Of a stretch of 44,758 bases of DNA, positions 38,103 through 44,758 are shown one piece after another; within the stretch, counting starts at the first letter, position 1; each line of letters starts with the position of its first letter. A program made the position numbers and the translations under genes. The stretch lies in IMG/VR virus record IMGVR_UViG_3300031507_000013, positions 1-44,758 of that record; one strand, 5' to 3'. Origin of the DNA: a virus. The notes beneath the pieces were generated by a model. That model did no database searches. It was not told the DNA's origin and saw nothing but the letters and a program-made list of their open reading frames with translations.

Positions 38103-39533
38103 ATGGCTGGCATCAGGCTCGAAGGTAACGTTTCCGGAAATGTCGCCGAAGTCGATGCTGTAGGCAATTTGCGGGCCACCGGGCCTCTGACTGAAATCGA
38201 TGCGGGTTTTGCGTCCGCCACGTCAGAGGTTGACGCCGGCTCTGTGACAGGGTCGCGCGTCATGCGCTCTGTCGATGTCAGCGGCGATTACCGCGTTCGA
38301 ATGGGCGCCGATACGCTGTTGTTCAATGAGCAGTTCACCGGCGCCGCGCTCAATACGACGATTTGGAATCAAGCCATTACCACGATGGCGATTGCGCCGT
38401 CATCAGGGTTTATTGTCCTCAATTCAGGCAATTCGCTCGCAAGCGGTGCGGTCGCGCGGTTGCAGACTTATGCGTTTTTCCCCTCGGTCGCGACCTTCCC
38501 GCTTTATGCACAGCTCACCGTGCAATTTCCGTTCGCGCCGGTAGCAAGCAATATCTGCGAATGGGGCTTTGGGCTTGCGTCAGGCACGACTGCTCCGACC
38601 GATGGCATTTTCTTCCGACTGAACGCGGCAGGCGAACTGCGCGGCGTGATGAATTTCGGCGGGACAGAGACCGTTACACCCGTGATGAACTTTAGCACTC
38701 TGATTGGTGTCAACTCGACAGCCATTTGCGTCGTTGAGGTCTGCGAGGCCGACGCGACGTTCTGGATCGACGACATCATCGTCGGCAAGATCACGGTTCC
38801 TGCAGGTCAGGGCGCGGCTACTTCGGCGCAGAATCTCCCGATATTGGCACGATGCTATAATACCGGAGCGACTGGGTCGGCCCAGCAATTGAAGATCGGC
38901 CAAGTCAATGTTTCGCTGGGGGAATGCCATTCCATCAGGTTGTGGAAGGAAATTCGTGTCGTTGGGGGTGGTCATGCCAGCCAGGGTCAGACCGGACAGA
39001 CGCTGGGGACCACAGCCAACTATGCCAATAGCGCCAATCCGTCCGCAGCCGTGCCGACCAATACCACGGCCGCACTCGGAAGTGGGCTCGGGGGCCAATT
39101 CTGGGAGACTGATACGCTCGCGGTAACGACGGACGGGGTGATTTCCAGCTATCAGAATCCGGTTGGATCGGCGACGGCTCTCGGCAAGAACCTAATGGTT
39201 ACCGGTGTGGTGATCAACAGCATGATCCAGACTACGCTGACGGGTGGCGGCTATGTGGCCTCATGGTCACTGGCCTATGGCCATACTGCTGTCTCGCTGG
39301 CCACGGCTGATGGAACCGGAACCAAGGCACCACGGCGTATCCCGATGGGATTTCAGGCTGTGGCGTCGGGCGCTGCCGCGCCATCATTGCTTGCAACGCT
39401 CTTGATGAGTTTCGATCCGCCGATATGCGTCTATCCGGGTGAGTTCATCGCGACCGTCAAGAAGAAGATCGGCACGGCGCCATCAGCCGGCACAGTGGCG
39501 CACCACGTCACCATCAACGGGTATTTCGAATAA
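38103..39533 (+). CDS. hypothetical large virion protein (476 aa)
   Basis: The ATG immediately follows the upstream TAA. Beta-rich composition. Confidence 0.65.
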   Translation: MAGIRLEGNVSGNVAEVDAVGNLRATGPLTEIDAGFASATSEVDAGSVTGSRVMRSVDVSGDYRVRMGADTLLFNEQFTGAALNTTIWNQAITTMAIAPSSGFIVLNSGNSLASGAVARLQTYAFFPSVATFPLYAQLTVQFPFAPVASNICEWGFGLASGTTAPTDGIFFRLNAAGELRGVMNFGGTETVTPVMNFSTLIGVNSTAICVVEVCEADATFWIDDIIVGKITVPAGQGAATSAQNLPILARCYNTGATGSAQQLKIGQVNVSLGECHSIRLWKEIRVVGGGHASQGQTGQTLGTTANYANSANPSAAVPTNTTAALGSGLGGQFWETDTLAVTTDGVISSYQNPVGSATALGKNLMVTGVVINSMIQTTLTGGGYVASWSLAYGHTAVSLATADGTGTKAPRRIPMGFQAVASGAAAPSLLATLLMSFDPPICVYPGEFIATVKKKIGTAPSAGTVAHHVTINGYFE

Positions 39534-39796
39534 TGGCCGGGAATATCTGGATTGTCGGGCGCGTCGTCGATGCTTCTCGTGATAGCGATCAGCCGCCGAC
39601 GATCGTCAGCTTCACACTGACATATATGGTAACGGGATCACCGATCCAGCTTATCGGTGAAATGGTGGCGCTCGTCGACGTTCAGCAGAATGAAGCACAG
39701 GTGAACGCTGCATTGCGACTTGCGCTGGCCAACTTCATTAATGATCAGATACCGCTAGGTCTCACCGCCAATGACGTGATGGGCTGCAATATCTAA
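39533..39796 (+). CDS. hypothetical protein (87 aa)
   Basis: TAATG overlap upstream. Confidence 0.55.
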   Translation: MAGNIWIVGRVVDASRDSDQPPTIVSFTLTYMVTGSPIQLIGEMVALVDVQQNEAQVNAALRLALANFINDQIPLGLTANDVMGCNI

Positions 39797-40498
39797 ATGT
39801 CTCTCCTGCTCACGAGGCTTGGCGCGGCAGGAATTACCGCCAATCTCGCGGTTATAGAGGAAAATGACACGATTTCTGCGACCGCTATATCAGCGGTCAC
39901 GGCAACTCTGGCCATCACGGAGGCCGGCGACACTGTATCCGCAGCGGCTACGGTTGGAATTGTCGCCGCAGCAGCCATTACAGAGGCCGCCGATACTGTA
40001 AGCTCTACCACTGCCGTTCTGGCCAAGGTCAGTGCATCGATCACCGATGCTGCTGATACGGTTTCGAGCGCGGCGTCACTCGCGATTGCCGCGTCGTCCT
40101 CTATTACGGAACAAGTCCAGTCGATCGCGAGTACCGGATCTCTTCTGATAGCGGCCGCTGCGGCCATTACCGGGCAGCCTGATACGATATCGGCCACTGC
40201 TTCGAGTTCAAGCACTTCGACTACGGCCGATCTCGCCATCGTCGAAGATGACGACACGGTTCTGTCGGAACTCTACAGCGGCAGGGGTGATGAAACGCTC
40301 GGTCCGACCGTCCTCAGTGGAGGCGGCTACAATCGGGCTGAAATCGACAGGGCCGTCAAAGAATATCTGAACCGGAAGAAGCGGCGAGCGCTCAAGTTTG
40401 CGACGACTGGACCGGATTACAAGCAGGCACTTGCTGCGGAAGTGGCCAAGGCCAGCAACGATGACGACGAAATCATTCTGATGCTTCTGGCAGCATAG
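39797..40498 (+). CDS. repeat-containing virion-module protein (233 aa)
   Basis: It contains about 6.5 tandem 21-aa repeats (AITEAxDTVSxxxxxxxxAAx), followed by a basic/acidic C-terminal tail. Confidence 0.6.
   Translation: MSLLLTRLGAAGITANLAVIEENDTISATAISAVTATLAITEAGDTVSAAATVGIVAAAAITEAADTVSSTTAVLAKVSASITDAADTVSSAASLAIAASSSITEQVQSIASTGSLLIAAAAAITGQPDTISATASSSSTSTTADLAIVEDDDTVLSELYSGRGDETLGPTVLSGGGYNRAEIDRAVKEYLNRKKRRALKFATTGPDYKQALAAEVAKASNDDDEIILMLLAA
39848..40270 (+). repeat. tandem 63-nt (21-codon) coding repeat, about 6.5 copies
   Basis: Units are AVIEENDTISATAISAVTATL / AITEAGDTVSAAATVGIVAAA / AITEAADTVSSTTAVLAKVSA / SITDAADTVSSAASLAIAASS / SITEQVQSIASTGSLLIAAAA / AITGQPDTISATASSSSTSTT, then a partial unit. 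Confidence 0.8.
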
Positions 40499-40509
40499 GA
40501 GAGAAAGAA

Positions 40510-40767
40510 ATGAACGATGAACTTATCACATTTCTCAGCAATCAGACCCACATGGGACGATTCACCGCTGGCGAAATCGCGGAAGTGCTGGAGCGCATGA
40601 AAGTCCATGGCTGGGAAGTCATGCGAATCCCAGCCGAGCCCATGGTTTTGACCGCAGTCGATGGGCCGGACTATGACGCGGCGCTAGCCGGCGAGATCGC
40701 TCATTCCGACGCCACGAACGCTCAGGTCGAGGGTGACGACGTTCCGGCGGATCATCCGAATGTCTGA
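40510..40767 (+). CDS. hypothetical protein (85 aa)
   Basis: AGGAGAG RBS upstream. Track ORF. Confidence 0.55.
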   Translation: MNDELITFLSNQTHMGRFTAGEIAEVLERMKVHGWEVMRIPAEPMVLTAVDGPDYDAALAGEIAHSDATNAQVEGDDVPADHPNV

Positions 40768-41059
40768 TGAGGACAAGCTTGCGATCGCCCAGGGGCGCGC
40801 CGCGCAGGCCCGCGATCTGCTTGACAATGAGATCCTCACCGATGCGTTCAAGACGCTTGAGGAGAGCTATACGGCAGCTTGGCGCAACACGCATGTAGAC
40901 GAGGCTCAGGCCCGGGAAAAGCTGTTCCTGGCGGTCAATATCGTCGGCAAGGTCAGGGACCACCTCGTCGCCGTGCTCAATAACGGCAAGCTCGCCGCGG
41001 CCGAACTGAAGCTGATCGCCGAAACCGCGGAGCGCAAAAGGCGCTTCGGAATTATCTAA
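40760..41059 (+). CDS. hypothetical helical protein upstream of scaffold (99 aa)
   Basis: Internal ATG at 40760 (MSDEDKLAIAQGRAAQARDLLDNEIL...). It overlaps the upstream gene by 8 nt. Confidence 0.5.
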   Translation: MSDEDKLAIAQGRAAQARDLLDNEILTDAFKTLEESYTAAWRNTHVDEAQAREKLFLAVNIVGKVRDHLVAVLNNGKLAAAELKLIAETAERKRRFGII

Positions 41060-41074
41060 ACCACAGGGAAATCC

Positions 41075-42166
41075 ATGACCGACCAAGCCACGCAAGGGAA
41101 CGATATCTCCGTGCCCGAAACATTCGATTCGCCCAGCAGCGCTGCGGATTTTCTCGCCGGCGTATGGGAGAAAGAGAAAAAGTCTGCCGATGGCGCCGAT
41201 ACGGCGACCGCAGACGAGGAATTGCCCGTTGAGGGCGACACCGGCCCTGAAGAGGTCCCCGGTGAGACGCAGGAGGCTGACCCGGAAGAAACTCTTCCGC
41301 CCGTCGAGCCCCCGAGGTCTTGGACGAAAGAGGCAAAGGATCGCTGGAACACCATTCCTCGTGAGGCGCAGGAAGAATTTGCGCGGATCGAGCAGGGACG
41401 AGAGCGGGAATTCCTCCGTAGCCAACAGGAAGCCGCTGAAAAGCTCAAGGGCCTCACGGCCAAGGAGCAACAGGCGGACGAGGCAAGGCAGAAATCTGAA
41501 GCTGAAGCTTCACGGTATATGCAAAAGCTGGTTGATCAGAATAACCAACAGTTTTCCGACATCAAAGGATGGGAAGATCTCCAGACGTTATCGCGTGAAG
41601 CGATGCGTCTGAGTGCAACCGATCCTATCGCTGCGGGACAAATCCAGGCCTATATACAGGCATGGAACGTCCATCAGCAGGAAATGGCGGATACCAAGGC
41701 CAAAGTTGATCAGGCCAACGCTCGAAAGCAGGACGAGACGCGGAAAGAGGCTGTCGCGCGCAAAACGCGAGAGCATTCCCTGCTGATCGAAAAAGCTCCC
41801 GAGTTTGCAGACCAAAAGAAGCTGGATGCCGCCCAAAAAGCGGCTGTCGAGATGTTTCGGGAAAAGGGGTTCGGCGACGACGACCTGATGAAAATCGGTG
41901 ATGATCCAATCTTCGATGATCACCGCATGCAGCTCATCGTCAATGACGCCCTGAAATTCCGAGCACTTGAAGCAGCTAAGGCGACGGTTGCCGCCAAAGC
42001 CGCGCCGAAAACCCTGCCTCCCGTCCAGCGGCCCGGAATCTCGCGCCCAGCAGGCGCCGGTAATTCCGAACGTATCCAAGCCCTCGAAGCAAAACTTAAC
42101 AATTCCGGCAGCGAAGCAGACGCTTTCGCGCTGCTCATGGCACGCCGTGCCAGCCGGGCATCATAA
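41075..42166 (+). CDS. putative scaffolding protein (363 aa)
   Basis: Acidic N-terminus, then long charged helical/coiled-coil sequence. It lies immediately upstream of the major capsid gene. Confidence 0.55.
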   Translation: MTDQATQGNDISVPETFDSPSSAADFLAGVWEKEKKSADGADTATADEELPVEGDTGPEEVPGETQEADPEETLPPVEPPRSWTKEAKDRWNTIPREAQEEFARIEQGREREFLRSQQEAAEKLKGLTAKEQQADEARQKSEAEASRYMQKLVDQNNQQFSDIKGWEDLQTLSREAMRLSATDPIAAGQIQAYIQAWNVHQQEMADTKAKVDQANARKQDETRKEAVARKTREHSLLIEKAPEFADQKKLDAAQKAAVEMFREKGFGDDDLMKIGDDPIFDDHRMQLIVNDALKFRALEAAKATVAAKAAPKTLPPVQRPGISRPAGAGNSERIQALEAKLNNSGSEADAFALLMARRASRAS

Positions 42167-42178
42167 GGACTTTCAGAA

Positions 42179-43144
42179 ATGGCCCTCCCGTCCAATACCG
42201 TTACCGCGGCTGTCGCAATCGGCAACCGTGAAGACCTCTCGGACATGATCTATCGCATCGATCCGACCGATACCCCGTTCATGGCCGGCGTTGCCCGTGA
42301 AAAGGCGGCCGCTGTCCTCCATGAATGGCAAACCCAGGCCCTGGCTGCAGCAGACGGCAACAATGCCCAGCTCGAAGGCGACGATCCGACCACCACCGCC
42401 GCGACCGTCACCGTTCGCCTGACCAACCGGACGCAGATCAGCTACAAGGTCGCCCGCGTATCCGGGACCCAGCAGGCTGTCGAGCACGCCGGACGTTCGA
42501 ACGAACTCGCCTATCAGGAGATGCTGAAAGGCTTGGAACTGAAGCGCGACATGGAGACCGTTCTGATCGGCACGAACCAGGCCAAGCAGACCGGCGCGTC
42601 CGCGACCGTTCCAAAGACTGCTTCCGTTCTATCGTGGATCAAATCCGCCACCTCGACGGGAGGAACTTCGCCTTCTGATCCGGCTGCGGCAGACGGCACC
42701 GGAACCCGGACGGACGGTACCGGCACGCTCGCGCAATTTACCGAGAACCGGCTGAAGGGCGTTCTTTCCACGATCTGGACGAACGGCGGCAAGCCAAACA
42801 TCATCTTCACTGGCGCCTTCAACAAGCAGCAGTTTTCTTCGTTCACCGGTCGAGCCTCTCCGATCGAGCAAGCCTCAACCAAGAAGATAACGGCTGCGGT
42901 CGATGCCTACGAATCAGATTTCGGCAGGCTGAAGGTCGTTCCCAATCGTTTCCAGCGAGCGCGCGATGTGCTCGTGCTCGAAATGGATAAGTGGGCGCTC
43001 GGCTTCCTGAACGGTCGCAACATGATCTCGATCCCGCTCGCCAAGACGGGTGACTCGGATCGGCGTCAGATCCTGTCCGAATATTGCCTCGTTGCCCGCA
43101 ATGAAAAGGCGAGCGGCGGCGTGTTCGACAATACTTCGTCCTGA
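42179..43144 (+). CDS. major capsid protein, HK97-fold (SU10-type) (321 aa)
   Basis: IGNREDLSDMIYRIDPTDTPFMAGVAREKAAAVLHEWQTQALAAAD is the characteristic N-terminal motif of this capsid family. It is followed by a strong terminator. Confidence 0.8.
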   Translation: MALPSNTVTAAVAIGNREDLSDMIYRIDPTDTPFMAGVAREKAAAVLHEWQTQALAAADGNNAQLEGDDPTTTAATVTVRLTNRTQISYKVARVSGTQQAVEHAGRSNELAYQEMLKGLELKRDMETVLIGTNQAKQTGASATVPKTASVLSWIKSATSTGGTSPSDPAAADGTGTRTDGTGTLAQFTENRLKGVLSTIWTNGGKPNIIFTGAFNKQQFSSFTGRASPIEQASTKKITAAVDAYESDFGRLKVVPNRFQRARDVLVLEMDKWALGFLNGRNMISIPLAKTGDSDRRQILSEYCLVARNEKASGGVFDNTSS

Positions 43145-43150
43145 CTCATT

Positions 43151-43180
43151 GGGGCCGGTTGATCCGGCCCCTTTCACCCC
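43151..43180 (+). terminator. rho-independent terminator after the capsid gene
   Basis: GGGGCCGG-ttgat-CCGGCCCC followed by tttcacccctttg, starting 7 nt after the capsid stop. Confidence 0.7.
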
Positions 43181-43197
43181 TTTGAAAGGATACTCCA

Positions 43198-43827
43198 ATG
43201 GGTACGACAGACGGTCCTGACACCCCAACCGAAACTACGATCGCGCTAGCGAGCGACAAAATTCTGATCATGAGCGGCGCCACGACGCGCGGCGCCCAGA
43301 AGACAGCCGATCAGTATACGGCTTTGAGCGGCAAAACCAGGCTCTATAACGTCGGTCCCGGCAATCTCGGCGCCCTGACCGCGATCGACACCAACGGCCG
43401 CGCCGGCGTGCAAAACACCATGTGGTTCAGCGATGTGTTCGTTCCATATCCCTGCGTTCTGCTCGGTATTGGCGTGCTCAACGGAACCACGGTTGGCACA
43501 ACGAAAGCCATCGTCTCGCTCTACAACTCGGCCGGCACGCTGGTGGCCAATTCATCCGTGACCACTGGCGGCGCGGTGACCTCAGGTGCCTCGGCCTTCC
43601 AGCAACGGGCATTCGTCTCGGCATATACGGCCAAGCCCGGCCAATACTGGATCGGCGTCATGCCGGACAGCACCACCGACACATGGCGGACCATTCAGGC
43701 CGCGACATGGGTTGACACCAATACCGGAACGGTTGCTGGCGTTGCCGCGACAGCCACGCCGACTATCACGCCGACCACAACGTTCACCGCCTCGCTCGGC
43801 ATTCTTTCCTACGTCTATACGGCATAA
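43198..43827 (+). CDS. hypothetical virion protein (209 aa)
   Basis: AAAGGA RBS. Thr/Gly/Ala-rich, beta-type composition. Confidence 0.6.
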   Translation: MGTTDGPDTPTETTIALASDKILIMSGATTRGAQKTADQYTALSGKTRLYNVGPGNLGALTAIDTNGRAGVQNTMWFSDVFVPYPCVLLGIGVLNGTTVGTTKAIVSLYNSAGTLVANSSVTTGGAVTSGASAFQQRAFVSAYTAKPGQYWIGVMPDSTTDTWRTIQAATWVDTNTGTVAGVAATATPTITPTTTFTASLGILSYVYTA

Positions 43828-43838
43828 GGAACCCAGAC

Positions 43839-44240
43839 ATGAGCCTTCCTAACCCGCATGCGCAGTTGCAGGAGTTTTTCCTGTCGACGACGACGAACTC
43901 GCTTGCCAGCACTCCGCTGGCCTGCAGCGTTCGCGCGCCGAAACGCTGCAAAATCACCATGATCAGCGCCGTATCTCATGGCATCTTCACTACCGATTGC
44001 TCGGTGGCCATGGCGATCATTCCATCTGTTGCCGGCGGTACGGCTCCAGGCGCCGGCACCGCGATCACGGGATCTCCGCTCGTGATTACAGCAGCAAACA
44101 GCGCGCTAGGCACAAGTGCTTCGATGGTGCCGAGCGGTGCCAACCTCGCGAACGAGGGCGATCTGATCACGTTCACGCCTTCTGGCTCGACAGGAACGAC
44201 GATCGGTGGAACGTTCTGTATCTGCCTCATGCCGGCGTGA
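43839..44240 (+). CDS. hypothetical virion protein (133 aa)
   Basis: Track ORF with an AAGGAA RBS. Confidence 0.55.
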   Translation: MSLPNPHAQLQEFFLSTTTNSLASTPLACSVRAPKRCKITMISAVSHGIFTTDCSVAMAIIPSVAGGTAPGAGTAITGSPLVITAANSALGTSASMVPSGANLANEGDLITFTPSGSTGTTIGGTFCICLMPA

Positions 44241-44244
44241 CACC

Positions 44245-44733
44245 ATGCAGATTACCAACCCATCAGCGACATTCACCAGGCCGGCCGATACAACGCAATA
44301 CTCGATTGGTGATCTCATCGCCAATTCAACTACGGCCGGCTCCGTGGTCCCCATGGCTTTTGATCCCGGAAATTCAGCCGGAACTGGCCAGTTCCGATTG
44401 ACGCGGCTTCGAATCATCAAGAGCGGAACAAGCGTCACGGCCGCAAACCTGCGGCTGCATCTCTATGAAAACCTGCCTGTTGTTGCGAACGGTGACAACG
44501 GAGCCTGGTCGACCGATAACGCCGCTCATTGGCTGGGCAATATCGACATGGCATCGATGCTGGCGTTTACGGACGGCGCCGCCGGAACAGCTTCGGCAGT
44601 GGCAGGCTCAGAACTTCTGATCAAGATGTACCAGGGCAAGACGTTCTATGGCCTCCTGGCAAACCTGAGCACCTATACGCCGGCAAGCGCGGAAGTCTTC
44701 ACGGTGATTCTCGAATTGCTGGACTCCTATTGA
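44245..44733 (+). CDS. hypothetical virion protein (162 aa); its 3' end is duplicated at 1..92
   Basis: Internal ATG at 44245, 5 nt after the upstream stop. Its last 92 nt lie inside the terminal repeat. Confidence 0.55.
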   Translation: MQITNPSATFTRPADTTQYSIGDLIANSTTAGSVVPMAFDPGNSAGTGQFRLTRLRIIKSGTSVTAANLRLHLYENLPVVANGDNGAWSTDNAAHWLGNIDMASMLAFTDGAAGTASAVAGSELLIKMYQGKTFYGLLANLSTYTPASAEVFTVILELLDSY

Positions 44734-44758
44734 TGGACGGCGTTCTCGTCCGTCCTCA
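44642..44758. repeat. terminal direct repeat, right copy (identical to 1..117)
   Basis: Exact identity to nt 1-117. Confidence 0.9.

Noticed and set aside
40619-41470. 283-aa minus-strand ORF, one of the longest in the track
   Set aside because: It is antisense to the scaffold and upstream genes in a tightly coupled plus-strand operon. Its Arg/Pro/Gly/Leu-rich composition is typical of antisense reading of GC-rich genes, and it has no RBS.
1-44758. Search for CRISPR arrays, tRNA/tmRNA genes, a reverse transcriptase with template/variable repeats (DGR), an integrase, or a toxin-antitoxin pair
   Set aside because: I saw no regularly spaced short repeats, no cloverleaf-like T-arm (GGTTCGAATCC-type) sequence, no YxDD polymerase motif, and no recombinase-sized ORF. 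The tail fibre genes have no nearby near-identical template repeat.

Overview
The window is a complete, circularly closing phage genome. Its first 117 nt are identical to its last 117 nt, so the unique unit is 44641 nt. It is GC-rich with tightly packed genes, many joined by ATGA/GTGA/TGATG start-stop overlaps. Gene content (GapR/DUF2312-like protein, DUF1376, GTA-type 3-TM holin) suggests an alphaproteobacterial, Rhizobiales-like host; this is inference.

Layout:
- One long plus-strand late operon runs 32514 -> window end -> 1 -> 17052. In order it holds: small basic protein, TerS, TerL, a portal split into two ORFs, unknown virion genes, scaffold, SU10/HK97-type major capsid, adaptor, tail fibres, internal/ejection proteins, lytic transglycosylase and a lysis cassette. 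It ends in a low-GC island of membrane proteins.
- A minus-strand early operon runs 27854 -> 17077. It carries an XRE regulator, a Rad52-like annealing protein, HNH nucleases, a C5 DNA methyltransferase, two Lar-like proteins, and many tiny Cys-rich or transmembrane (TM) ORFs.
- A CI-like repressor (27977..28273) is flanked by two promoters of similar layout that carry ATTCC-N5-GGAAT operators.
- A plus-strand early-right operon runs 28368..32260 with a Cro-like HTH, a protein with two DnaA-domain-IV-like HTH modules, a GapR-like protein, DUF1376 and a putative late regulator.

There is no tape measure or tail tube gene, which suggests podovirus-like morphology. I saw no integrase, partition genes, tRNA, CRISPR array or reverse transcriptase.

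Most notable observations:
1. The methyltransferase gene is open in two frames, and the conserved MTase motifs are divided between them.
2. A low-GC island downstream of the lysis genes encodes a permuted papain-like peptidase followed by a chain of start/stop-overlapped membrane micro-ORFs.
3. The portal gene is interrupted by a translationally coupled 40-codon ORF.
4. A homing endonuclease insertion carries a synonymously recoded duplicate of the adaptor gene 3' end.
5. A small-gene plus HTH operon sits behind a palindrome-laden promoter, an acr-aca-like layout.

All family names come from motif recognition by eye and memory. No database search was run.
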